A stretch of 64,000 nt of DNA from a bacterium UBP6_UBA1177 (GTDB taxonomy: Bacteria; UBP6; UBA1177): assembly GCA_002310995.1 (NCBI GenBank), contig DBYV01000035.1, positions 7,858 to 71,857 on the forward strand. Direction: 5' to 3'. How positions within the stretch are numbered: the stretch's first letter is position 1; each line of letters starts with the position of its first letter. The notes under the pieces are model-generated. The model ran no database searches. It was given only the letters and a program-made list of their open reading frames with translations, and had not been told where the DNA came from. Below are positions 55,475-64,000 of the stretch, in pieces. A program made the translations under genes and the position numbers.

Positions 55475-56975
55475 ATTCTTTGCTATCACATTGTTTTTAT
55501 TGTTGTTTTTGTGTGTTTCATGTGAAAACAAGGTCAATTTTCCTGAAAAAGAAATTTCTGATGAAGATGAAATTCAGGATGAAGACACAGACACTGTTCA
55601 GGAGCTTCTTTTCAACTTGAAAGTTGAAGCAAATGAGAAAAATTCCCTTTCGTGCAGGCTCACTTTTTCAACATCAGATGAAAGAAAAACTTTTGTGAAG
55701 TACTATTCAGACACCCACAAGGGCTATAAAATCAGCGAGGAATCGGCAAAAAGTGAACACTATTTCTTTCTTTGGGGAATGCGAGAAAACAGGGATTACA
55801 AAATAGAAATTTATTCTGATGATGCAGAACCTGAACTTCTTGCAAGTGCTGAATTTCATTCCGGGAGAGCCCCAGACTATCTTCCATTAATGTATCCAGG
55901 CGAGCACAACAAGGCAAAAACTGCTGAAGGTTTTGTCCTTTTCCAATATGCCATAACAGATCTTGACCTTATGGTTCCTGTAGCCTTGATGCTTGATACC
56001 GACGGTGAGATCGTGTGGTATTACGAATATTACACATGGTTTTCGAATTCGTTCGGTGATGTTGCGTGGAATCCTGAAAAGCAGACAATACTGATTGCGC
56101 TTTTAAAAAACGCCTCTGCAAATGATTCTTTGGCCGAAGAGGCGATAGAGATTGATCTGGAGGGAAATATTGTTTGGAAAGCTCCTGGGATCATGAGCTA
56201 TTATTATGGTCCTGAAAGCTGGCATCATGCTTATTACATGATGAAGGATGGTTCTGTAACTTTCCCGCAGGTAATTTATGATGATTGTATTATTACAGAT
56301 AAAATTGTAAATCTTAATGGTGCAACTTACGACGAACTCTGGAGTTGGGATTACAGGGATTATTTTGAAAAACCAGACTGTGCTACAGCTGAAAACGACA
56401 ATTTTTATATTGACTGGACGCACACAAACAGTGTCTCGATGTTCAAGGAAGAAGGAATAGTCTATGTCAATTCGCGCAACTTCTCGACTTTTTTTAAAAT
56501 CGATATGAACTCAGGCACAATAATCTGGAGGCTTGGCAAAGACGGTGATTTTACATTTGTCGGAAAAAAAGAATATCCTTGGTTTGAACGTGCCCATGAT
56601 CCTGAAATCAACGGTGCCAACGGAAACAAAGTCATTTTCTTTGACAACGGCACGGCGGAAAGAGGATTCAGCAGAATTGTGGAGTACACTATCGACGAAA
56701 AAGCTATGACGGCAGAAATGACTTTCGAGTTTGACGGTATTAATCTTGGCAAAGGTTGGTGGAGCAAATACTGGGGTGATGCAGACCGCCTTGAAAATGG
56801 TAATATTTTTGTCACTATTGGTATAAATGATATGCAGCAGATTTCAAGATTCCTAGAACTAACTCCTAATGGCGAAGTTGTTTGGGAGTTTTTCTTTGAA
56901 AAAAATGATGACTGGCAGATTTCACTATACAAAGCAGATAAATTTATTCCTCCATTGGAGTTTGTGAATGAGTAG
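55467..56975 (+). CDS. ASST-like beta-propeller lipoprotein, paralogue 2
   Basis: Lipobox LCVSC and IDWTHTNS...FKIDMNSGTIIWRLGKDGDF. The start overlaps the paralogue 1 stop by 8 nt (ATGAATAA). Confidence 0.55.
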   Translation: MNKFFAITLFLLLFLCVSCENKVNFPEKEISDEDEIQDEDTDTVQELLFNLKVEANEKNSLSCRLTFSTSDERKTFVKYYSDTHKGYKISEESAKSEHYFFLWGMRENRDYKIEIYSDDAEPELLASAEFHSGRAPDYLPLMYPGEHNKAKTAEGFVLFQYAITDLDLMVPVALMLDTDGEIVWYYEYYTWFSNSFGDVAWNPEKQTILIALLKNASANDSLAEEAIEIDLEGNIVWKAPGIMSYYYGPESWHHAYYMMKDGSVTFPQVIYDDCIITDKIVNLNGATYDELWSWDYRDYFEKPDCATAENDNFYIDWTHTNSVSMFKEEGIVYVNSRNFSTFFKIDMNSGTIIWRLGKDGDFTFVGKKEYPWFERAHDPEINGANGNKVIFFDNGTAERGFSRIVEYTIDEKAMTAEMTFEFDGINLGKGWWSKYWGDADRLENGNIFVTIGINDMQQISRFLELTPNGEVVWEFFFEKNDDWQISLYKADKFIPPLEFVNE

Positions 56976-58476
56976 ATTTTTAATTATGTCGGTGTTTTTT
57001 TTGGCGTTTTTGTTTGTTTCCTGTGAAAACAAAGTATCTGTTCCTAATAAAGAAATTCCTGATGAGGATGAAATATCAGATGAAGACACTGATTCCGGAG
57101 ACGAACTGATTTCAGACCTTAAAATCGAGGAAAATAAAGAAAATTCTCTTTCGTGCAGGCTTACTTTTTCAACCGCAAATGAGAAAAAAACTTTTGTGAA
57201 GTACTATTCAGACACCCACAAGGGCTATAAAATCAGCGAGGAATCGGCAAAAAGTGAACACTATTTCTTTCTTTGGGGAATGCGAGAAAACAGGGATTAC
57301 AAAATAGAAATTTATTCTGATGATGCAGAACCTGAACTTCTTGCAAGTGCTGAATTTCATTCCGGGAGAGCCCCAGACTATCTTCCATTAATGTATCCAG
57401 GCGAGCACAACAAGGCAAAAACTGCTGAAGGTTTTGTCCTTTTCCAATATGCCGCCACGACTTACGATCACATTTTCCCAGTCGCGCTTATGGTCGATAC
57501 CGATGGAGAAGTTGTTTGGTATTATGAATACAATCAGTGGTATTTGAGCGCTTTCGGCGATGTCGCATGGAATCCGGAAAAACAGACAATACTCATCGGG
57601 CTCACAAAAGATTTGTCGGCAGCTGATTCTCTTGCTGAAGAAGCTATTGAAATCGACCTCGAAGGTAATATTTTATGGAAATCTCCTGAAACAGCGAGTT
57701 ATTATTACGGCCCAGGAAGCTGGAATCACGCATATTATATGATGAAAGACGGCTCAGTGACTTTTCCGCAAGTTATTTATGACGATTGCGTTGTCACCGA
57801 CAGAATCGTAAACCTTGACGCCGATACCTACGGCGAATTCTGGATCTGGGATTACAGGGATTATTTTGAAAAACCCGACTGCTCAACAAACACCAGCGGA
57901 GATTTTTATATTGACTGGACGCACACGAACAGTGTTTCAATGTTCAAGGAAGAAGGTATCGTATATGTCAATTCGCGCAACTTCTCGACATTGTTCAAAA
58001 TCGATATGAGCTCAGGCGCAATAATCTGGAGACTCGGAAAAGACGGAGACTTCTCATTTGTCGGCGATAATCCTAATCCGTGGTTTGAGCTTGCCCACGA
58101 ACCTGAAATTAACGGTGTCAATGGCAACAAAATCATTTTCTTTGACAACGGCACGGCAGAAAGAGGCTTCAGCAGAATTGTGGAATACACAATTGATGAA
58201 ACAAACATGACAGCCGAAATGACTTTTGAATTTGACGGCAGAGATCTCGGGAAAGGATGGTGGAGCGAATATTGGGGTGATGCTGACCGCCTTGAAAACG
58301 ACAATATCTTTGTAACGGCAGGTTTCTACGATATGCAGCAGATTTCAAGATTTTTCGAAGTTACACATGAAGGCGAAGTTGTATGGGAACTCTTTTTTGA
58401 AAAGGAGGATGACTGGCAGATTTCGCTCTATAAAGCTGACAAATTCGTACCGCCTTTGGAATTCATAAATAGATAA
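56968..58476 (+). CDS. ASST-like beta-propeller lipoprotein, paralogue 3
   Basis: Lipobox LFVSC and the same motifs as paralogue 2. The start overlaps the paralogue 2 stop by 8 nt (ATGAGTAG). Confidence 0.55.
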   Translation: MSRFLIMSVFFLAFLFVSCENKVSVPNKEIPDEDEISDEDTDSGDELISDLKIEENKENSLSCRLTFSTANEKKTFVKYYSDTHKGYKISEESAKSEHYFFLWGMRENRDYKIEIYSDDAEPELLASAEFHSGRAPDYLPLMYPGEHNKAKTAEGFVLFQYAATTYDHIFPVALMVDTDGEVVWYYEYNQWYLSAFGDVAWNPEKQTILIGLTKDLSAADSLAEEAIEIDLEGNILWKSPETASYYYGPGSWNHAYYMMKDGSVTFPQVIYDDCVVTDRIVNLDADTYGEFWIWDYRDYFEKPDCSTNTSGDFYIDWTHTNSVSMFKEEGIVYVNSRNFSTLFKIDMSSGAIIWRLGKDGDFSFVGDNPNPWFELAHEPEINGVNGNKIIFFDNGTAERGFSRIVEYTIDETNMTAEMTFEFDGRDLGKGWWSEYWGDADRLENDNIFVTAGFYDMQQISRFFEVTHEGEVVWELFFEKEDDWQISLYKADKFVPPLEFINR

Positions 58477-58480
58477 TGGG

Positions 58481-58526
58481 CGCCCCTGATGCAGGGGAGC
58501 TGTCAGCTCTGCTGACTGAGTGGGTC
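58481..58526. repeat. REP-like GC-rich element (intergenic copy)
   Basis: CGCCCCTGATGCAGGGGAGCTGTCAGCTCTGCTGACTGAGTGGGTC lies between two convergent stops. Near-identical to the first unit at 15669-15712. Confidence 0.75.
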
Positions 58527-58528
58527 GT

Positions 58529-59287
58529 TTATCTGTTTTTGCAGCGTTCTTTTAAGATAAGATTCTGATTTTTCTGGATTTTTTCTATTTCAGCCGCTCT
58601 TTTGCACTCCCATGTGTCGACAGGGTCGGATTTGTCCCATGCTTCGAGCATTTTGCGGTTCTTCTCGTTTACGATTCCGTAGCCAGGATATGCCGAATCC
58701 ATGTAAAAATAAGTGCGCGCGATGTCGCCGCGGATCGATTCGGCGGGCTCTGCCATATTGTTTTTGACTTCAAAATCGCAGTTGCCGTACTTCCTCTCCT
58801 CTCCTGAAATTATGCCGTAATCAAAGTTTGATCTGTCTGCATTGACTTTGCCGATCGCGGGAACGAGATTGTACATGTCAGCCTGCATAAACTGAAAATC
58901 TTTGTTCATTTTCGAAGCGCAGTTACGCCCTTTGAAACGCTTTCCTTTGCTGTCGACGCACTGCGGATCGCCCTCTTTCCACTCTTTCAGTTTTCCGCCG
59001 AAAGCTGCCGCCGGAACGATGTGTTCCCACTCTACACGCTTGCTTCGCGAATGGTTTTTCGCATCGAAATAGCTGCATCCTTCCGAGATGACTTTCTGTT
59101 TTTTGTCATAGGAACAGCCGCAGTAAAAGGTCTTACGCACTTTTTCGTCACCGTAAATCACCTTGTCGAGTAGCTTTTTCGACTTCGAAAACGAATTTAT
59201 CTCGGTGTTTCCTTTCTGCTGCTCCGACGCAAAGACAAAAACCGCCGCGACCGCGGAAAAAACGATAAAAATCAGGAGTTTTTTCAT
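58529..59287 (-). CDS. endA: endonuclease I (EndA/Vvn family, periplasmic/extracellular DNase)
   Basis: Signal peptide, FYCGCSYD, VEWEHIVPA, NLVPAIGKVNADRSN and ARTYFYM are hallmark endonuclease I blocks. Start placed at ATG 59287. Confidence 0.85.
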   Translation of the reverse strand: MKKLLIFIVFSAVAAVFVFASEQQKGNTEINSFSKSKKLLDKVIYGDEKVRKTFYCGCSYDKKQKVISEGCSYFDAKNHSRSKRVEWEHIVPAAAFGGKLKEWKEGDPQCVDSKGKRFKGRNCASKMNKDFQFMQADMYNLVPAIGKVNADRSNFDYGIISGEERKYGNCDFEVKNNMAEPAESIRGDIARTYFYMDSAYPGYGIVNEKNRKMLEAWDKSDPVDTWECKRAAEIEKIQKNQNLILKERCKNR

Positions 59288-59407
59288 AACCAGGTCCCTC
59301 AACCAGCCAAAACTAGCAAAATTGTAAGAAAAATGAGAAAAATTTCAAAAATCAACGAATTTTTGAGTTTTCTTAAAAATTTCTACTTAAAAATTTTCCG
59401 ATTCTGG

Positions 59408-59503
59408 GAAAAATTCTCAATAGCATTTAGAAAATTTCCAAAATAAGAAAAAGTTCTCAATAGTGTTGCGAATTTTTCTGAAATGAGTAAAATTTCTCAA
59501 TAG
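59408..59503 (+). repeat. three direct repeats at 40-bp periodicity (core TTCTCAATAG)
   Basis: TTCTCAATAG occurs at 59414-59423, 59454-59463 and 59494-59503, each preceded by G(A/T)AAAA(T/G)T. The array ends 24 nt before ATG 59527. Confidence 0.8.
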
Positions 59504-59526
59504 GTTCTTTTTTGAAGGAGTTGAGC

Positions 59527-60717
59527 ATGATAAAAAGAGAGAAATATCTCGCTGAGATCCGCAGTTTTTATGACAGTGACCTTATAAAAATCATCACGGG
59601 TGTCAGAAGATGCGGAAAGTCGGTGATCCTGGAACAGATTATGGAAGAAATAAGGCTCCGTTCCGACAATGTGGTATATCTCGATTTTGACGACAGGGCG
59701 GTGACATCATCGATTGAAAGCTGGAAAGATATTGTCGATTATGTAAATTCGCGCAAAAAAACAGGACTCTGTTATGTTTTTCTTGACGAAATTCAGGAAA
59801 TCGAAGACTGGGCGCTTGCATGCCGCTCTCTGAGACGGGAAAACTGCTCGGTTTTTATCACAGGTTCAAATTCAAAACTTCTTTCAAAAGAGTTTACAAG
59901 CGAACTTTCCGGTAGATATGTCGCGTTCAGGATCCGTCCGTTTGTCTACAAAGAACTTTCAGAATATGCAGAAGAACTTAAAAAAGAGTTTACTATCACT
60001 GACTACCTTGTCTGGGGCGGCTTTCCGAAAAGGTTTGAACTTAACGGAAGCGGCGAAACGAGAAGATATATTTCTGAACTTGACGAGACGATAGTTTCAA
60101 ACGACATTATCAACCGCTACGGCATAAGAAAATCGGTCGAATTTAAAAAATTCGTGAACTTCATGCTGATTTCAAATGCCCGGATTTATTCGGCAAAATC
60201 AATTTCGAACTATATGAAAAGCTGCGGCATAAACTGCACTTCGAACACCGTTCAGAAGTGGATAAGCTATCTTGCTGCCGCTTACATCATCGATGAAATC
60301 CCGCGCTATTCCAAAAAGGCGAAAAAAGAGCTCGAACAAAGCAAAAAAATCTACAACTGCGATGTTTCGCTCAATTCGATACGGTGCAAAGACAACCGCT
60401 TCGACTTGACGCACAATCTTGAGAATATCGTCTACAACGAGCTCGTTTTTATGGGCTACACTCTCTCAGTTTTTGACAATGGCGGAAAGGAAATTGATTT
60501 TATCGCCGAAAAGGAGAATCAGAGATACTACATTCAGGTTGCATATAGCATTGCCGAGGAAAAAGCCTACGAACGGGAACTTGGTGCATTCGATCCCCTT
60601 ACGCAAAGGGACAGGAAAATCATTATCACGAACGATGACATTGACTATTCTACCAGCAATATCGATCACTTGAAACTCAAAGACTTCCTTTTGATGAAGG
60701 ATTTAGAGAGGAAATAA
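59527..60717 (+). CDS. AAA-family ATPase with DUF4143 (AAA_14/DUF4143 architecture)
   Basis: Walker A GVRRCGKS and Walker B YVFLDEIQ. The C-terminal half resembles the DUF4143 nuclease-fold-like region. Start at ATG 59527 behind AAGGAG (ORF-track TTG is at 59512). Confidence 0.75.
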   Translation: MIKREKYLAEIRSFYDSDLIKIITGVRRCGKSVILEQIMEEIRLRSDNVVYLDFDDRAVTSSIESWKDIVDYVNSRKKTGLCYVFLDEIQEIEDWALACRSLRRENCSVFITGSNSKLLSKEFTSELSGRYVAFRIRPFVYKELSEYAEELKKEFTITDYLVWGGFPKRFELNGSGETRRYISELDETIVSNDIINRYGIRKSVEFKKFVNFMLISNARIYSAKSISNYMKSCGINCTSNTVQKWISYLAAAYIIDEIPRYSKKAKKELEQSKKIYNCDVSLNSIRCKDNRFDLTHNLENIVYNELVFMGYTLSVFDNGGKEIDFIAEKENQRYYIQVAYSIAEEKAYERELGAFDPLTQRDRKIIITNDDIDYSTSNIDHLKLKDFLLMKDLERK

Positions 60718-60766
60718 AAGATTTTTAGGAGCGAGCCGAGTTTTTCAAAAGCAGAAATTAGGAGAT

Positions 60767-61447
60767 TTACAGCAGACTGTTGATTTTGTCGGCGATCTCA
60801 GCCGGTTCGACTGTCGATTCGAAGCGTTCTATCACTTCGCCTTCGCGGTTTACAAGAAATTTGGTGAAATTCCACTTGATTTTGGAATTGTTTTTGTAGT
60901 CGGGATCCATTTTCGTGATGAAACCGTCCATGAATTCCGCTTTTTCGCCCGTAAATCCTGCGAAACTCTTCTTGCTTTTGAGGAAGGTGTAGAGCGGAAG
61001 CTCGTTTTCGCCGTTGACTTCGATTTTTTTGAAGTTGTCGAAACTTGTTGCGAATTTTGCCTGGCAGAACTGGTGGATTTCGTCATCGGTTCCCGGTGCC
61101 TGATGTCCGAACTGGTCGCACGGAAAATCAAGTATTTCCAAGCCTTTGTGATGATATTCCTTCCAAAGGTTCTCAAGTCCTTCATACTGCGGGGTGAAGC
61201 CGCATCCCGTCGCAGTGTTGACGATAAGAAGCACTTTGCCTTTGAAATTTGACATCGGAACATCGTTTCCCTTTCTGTCTTTTACCGTGAAATCGTAAAT
61301 ACTCATTTTTTTCTCCTTTACTTGTTCAGTTGCCTCTTTTGTTTCTGTTTTTGCCTGTGTTTCGCCAGCTTTGACCGCCGGTTTTTCCTTGTTGCACGAC
61401 AAAACCGCGAAAATGATGCAAACAAGCGTTAAAATGATTTTTTTCAT
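60767..61447 (-). CDS. glutathione peroxidase-family protein with lipoprotein signal
   Basis: Lipobox LSC, NTATGCGFTPQY (peroxidatic Cys), FPCDQFGHQAPG and KWNFTKFLV. Confidence 0.85.
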   Translation of the reverse strand: MKKIILTLVCIIFAVLSCNKEKPAVKAGETQAKTETKEATEQVKEKKMSIYDFTVKDRKGNDVPMSNFKGKVLLIVNTATGCGFTPQYEGLENLWKEYHHKGLEILDFPCDQFGHQAPGTDDEIHQFCQAKFATSFDNFKKIEVNGENELPLYTFLKSKKSFAGFTGEKAEFMDGFITKMDPDYKNNSKIKWNFTKFLVNREGEVIERFESTVEPAEIADKINSLL

Positions 61448-61463
61448 TGTTTTACCTCAAGAA

Positions 61464-62819
61464 TTACAGATATTTCACAAAAATATAGAGCGTGCTGATT
61501 GCGACAACTATTATTGCGGCAGGTGCGCTCAGCTTGCAGTATCTGCCCCAGCCGACAGGGTGACCTGATTTTGCAGAAACCAAGGTCCCGACTACATTTG
61601 CGCTTGCTCCTATCGGGGTTCCGCTGCCGCCGATGTCGGTCCCCATCGAGAGTGCCCAGGCCATTGTTTCAAGCGAAACTCCGGTTGATGCGGAAAGCGA
61701 TTTGATGACGGGGATCATCGTTGCGGCAAAAGGAATATTGTCGATGAAGGCACTCGCGACTGCCGAAACCCAGATGATTATTGCAATCATAATGTAGGCG
61801 TTGCCTTTTGATACTTTTCCGATGAAATCAGCGATAAGTTTGAGTATTCCGGTCTGCTCCAGACCGCCTACGACAAAGAAAAGTCCGATGAAAAAGAGCA
61901 GTGTTTTATAGTCAACATGCTGCAGTATTCTGGTTGCATATCTTGGAGCTGCAAAAAGCGTAAGAAGCGCGATTCCAAGGCCTATTGTCGCAACAGTGAG
62001 CCCGGTTTGGGCGTGGGTTACAAGCAGAACAACCGCAATCGAGAAGATTATGCAGCTGTTGCTGAAACCGATTCTGCTGACTATTGCCGATTTTGGCGTC
62101 GGAATTGTTGAAATATCAATATCTTTTCCAGCACTTACATATTCCTTACGGCACATCATAATGAAGTAAAGGAGCGTAAAAACAAGGCCGATAAACGCTA
62201 TTTTTCCGGTATGCTCGAAGAAATCACCGAAAGAATAACCGAGACTTGTTCCTATTATGATGTTGGGCGGATCACCGCACATTGTCGCGGAACCGCCTAA
62301 GTTCGCGCAGAAAATTTCGGCAAGAATCATGCTGACAGGGTTGAATTTGAGAAGGCGCGAAAGTTCAACCGTTACCGCCGCAAGGAAAAGAATGACCGTG
62401 ATGCTGTCAATGAACATCGAAAGGGCGAAGGAAATCAGCATGAACGCCACAAAAATGTAGATGACGCGGTAATTTACAAGTTTCGCAAGCCTCATGCAGA
62501 GCCAGCGGAAGAAACCCGAAGCCGCCATTCCTTCGACCATTACCATCATTCCGGCAATGAAAAATATCGTCGCCCAGTTGATTCCGGTCGAGTTTTCGGG
62601 AACGTCGCCAGCGCTGTACCAGAAACTTTTCGTGAGAATTATTTTTATGTTCAGTGTCTCCATGATCGCATCAAAACTGTGCATCCCGAGCCCGAAAACA
62701 AGAATCGCCGTAAGAACCGCACAGCCGAGCGTCACAAGATGTCGTTCGATTTTTTCAGTCACCATGAGAATGAACATTGCAAGAAAAATCACGACTGAAA
62801 GTATTTGTGCCAGAAGCAT
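61464..62819 (-). CDS. ArsB/NhaD-superfamily (CitMHS-like) anion permease
   Basis: 451 aa with about 12 TM helices and a duplicated-half organisation. GGSATMCGDPPNIIIG and GGSGTPIGASANVV are hairpin-loop motifs typical of this superfamily. Confidence 0.65.
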   Translation of the reverse strand: MLLAQILSVVIFLAMFILMVTEKIERHLVTLGCAVLTAILVFGLGMHSFDAIMETLNIKIILTKSFWYSAGDVPENSTGINWATIFFIAGMMVMVEGMAASGFFRWLCMRLAKLVNYRVIYIFVAFMLISFALSMFIDSITVILFLAAVTVELSRLLKFNPVSMILAEIFCANLGGSATMCGDPPNIIIGTSLGYSFGDFFEHTGKIAFIGLVFTLLYFIMMCRKEYVSAGKDIDISTIPTPKSAIVSRIGFSNSCIIFSIAVVLLVTHAQTGLTVATIGLGIALLTLFAAPRYATRILQHVDYKTLLFFIGLFFVVGGLEQTGILKLIADFIGKVSKGNAYIMIAIIIWVSAVASAFIDNIPFAATMIPVIKSLSASTGVSLETMAWALSMGTDIGGSGTPIGASANVVGTLVSAKSGHPVGWGRYCKLSAPAAIIVVAISTLYIFVKYL

Positions 62820-62923
62820 GACCGCACCTCATTTATTTAAAGGCTGAACTTTTTGCAAAGCGTCAGCTCGAAAAAAACCCGCTGTTATAGCGCGAACTAT
62901 TTTTTTTGCAATAGTTCAAAGCG

Positions 62924-64000
62924 ATGCGTATATTCGGGCAGTTTTTTGTTTTGAGGTCTGTTTTGGCAGAAAAACTTCTTTTCATAAATCCGTTTGTCGA
63001 AGATTTCACAGCTTACAACCTATGGGCGGCGCCGCTCGGACTTTTCAGGATCATGGAACATCACGAAAATATCGGCGACAAGGTGACTTACCTCGATTTT
63101 CTGGACGGAAGTTTTGTCGGCGACGATGCTGCGACTCCGCCTGTTTACCGCTCTTGGGAACGCCACACATACTGGAAACGCGAAATCGAAAAACCTGAGT
63201 GTTTGACAATGATCCCGCGCAAATATTACCGTTTCGGGGCGAACGACGACACCGTCAGAAAAACACTTTCAGAAGTTGAAAAACCCGACAAAGTCTACAT
63301 TTCGACAGGAATGACATACTGGTACCGCTCGGTTCTCAAAATCATTGATTTTGTCAGAGAAATTTTCGGAGACATCGAAATAAACGTCGGCGGGATCTCG
63401 GCTATTCTGATGCCTGAAATTTTTGAAGGAAAAAACGTTACAGTCAACACCGGAAAGGCACAGATCCCTGAAAATATCACGGGGACAGGGATGAAATACC
63501 TCAAGAACCTTCACTTTTTTCCGGCAAATCTCATTGAAGGCTGTCCTAACCGCTGCCCCTACTGCTCAAGCGTCATTTTCAATCCGAAAGTTTCTTACAA
63601 AGATATTCCTACCCTTGCAAAAAACCTTGAAAAATGGCACGCGGAGACCGGTTTCTGCGATGTCGCCTTCTACGATGACGCACTGCTTCTGCGAAACGGC
63701 GGGATCCTCCGCGATTTTCTCGACAGACTTCCGGCAGGAGTTTACCGTTTCCACACGCCTAACGGCCTCCATCTGCGCGAAATCAATGAAGATCTGTGCA
63801 AATATCTTGAAAAATACGACTTTCCGCAGCTCCGTTTCGGTTTTGAGACCGCCTTTTCGCGCTATGAGGACAAAACTTCGCTCAACCAGCTTAAATCTGT
63901 CGTAAAAATGCTGAAAGACCACGGCTTCACAAGTGAAAGAATTGGTGTTTACCTTCTCTGCGGACTTCCCGGACAGACTGTTGACGAAGTGGACAAAACC
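62924..64000 (+). CDS. radical SAM protein with N-terminal B12-binding-like domain (3' end outside window)
   Basis: An open frame from ATG 62924 (or TTG 62963) runs to the window end and is not in the ORF track because no stop is reached. It contains the radical SAM cluster motif CPNRCPYC preceded by a Rossmann-like LLFINP... domain. Confidence 0.7.
   Translation, partial: MRIFGQFFVLRSVLAEKLLFINPFVEDFTAYNLWAAPLGLFRIMEHHENIGDKVTYLDFLDGSFVGDDAATPPVYRSWERHTYWKREIEKPECLTMIPRKYYRFGANDDTVRKTLSEVEKPDKVYISTGMTYWYRSVLKIIDFVREIFGDIEINVGGISAILMPEIFEGKNVTVNTGKAQIPENITGTGMKYLKNLHFFPANLIEGCPNRCPYCSSVIFNPKVSYKDIPTLAKNLEKWHAETGFCDVAFYDDALLLRNGGILRDFLDRLPAGVYRFHTPNGLHLREINEDLCKYLEKYDFPQLRFGFETAFSRYEDKTSLNQLKSVVKMLKDHGFTSERIGVYLLCGLPGQTVDEVDKT

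Noticed and set aside
55732-55917. Identical 61-aa antisense ORFs at 55732-55917 and 57233-57418, which at first looked like a duplicated small gene
   Set aside because: The identity is fully explained by the 268-bp gene-conversion tract inside the sense-strand ASST-like genes. The antisense peptides have no RBS or motif.
59303-59526. Possible CRISPR array suggested by regularly spaced repeats
   Set aside because: There are only three short (~10-18 nt) repeat cores with 40-bp phasing. The 'spacers' are themselves related A/T-rich sequence, no cas genes are nearby, and the repeat is far shorter than CRISPR repeats.

Overview
This 64-kb window comes from a moderately AT-rich, apparently anaerobic diderm bacterium. 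No rRNA is present, so I make no taxonomic call. All calls rest on reading the supplied translations and the DNA by eye; no searches, alignments or GC statistics were run.

Most of the window is core genome:
- rpsP (3' end), a KH protein and rimM, then aroQ and hydF.
- A tightly coupled 5-gene operon: HlyD-like, TolC-like, VTC domain, DUF4956 and a membrane protein.
- An 8-gene type II secretion operon in gspG-H-I-J-K-L-M-N order, preceded by a sigma-54-type promoter.
- A FecCD permease, an AMIN/Amidase_3 amidase, an outer-membrane barrel, a large GGDEF sensor and tRNA-Met(CAU).
- OsmC, pepT, RnfB-like plus RseC, and a split chrA.
- A lipoprotein carrying an (Asp-Thr-Ser)n repeat, then clpP-clpX-lon.
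- A DUF523 gene, an acyl-CoA ligase, an MIO-type ammonia-lyase, a flavodoxin and the methylmalonyl-CoA mutase catalytic subunit.
- Three tandem arylsulfotransferase-like lipoprotein paralogues and endonuclease I.
- An AAA/DUF4143 ATPase, glutathione peroxidase, an anion permease and a radical SAM gene that runs off the 3' end.

The accessory part is a visibly AT-richer island of about 10.7 kb (about 40.9-51.6 kb) with no integrase. It contains:
- A 5'-truncated ORF6N gene.
- A translationally coupled three-gene cassette that I cannot assign to any named system and rank as the best candidate for a novel defence system. Its genes are a poly-basic + STAS-like + GHKL ATPase protein, a DUF4325/STAS-like protein, and a 2-TM coiled-coil protein.
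- An HsdR-less operon: a PD-(D/E)xK-fused N6-methyltransferase, HsdS, an OLD-family ATPase-TOPRIM and a GIY-YIG/DUF4357 protein.
- A Fic gene.

Other items worth a second look:
- A REP-like GC-rich element that forms part of the gspI-like leader peptide.
- A 268-bp perfect gene-conversion tract between two of the paralogues.
- Three direct repeats at exact 40-bp spacing upstream of the DUF4143 ATPase.
- A 330-bp unexplained intergenic region with ACGTGACGA repeats.
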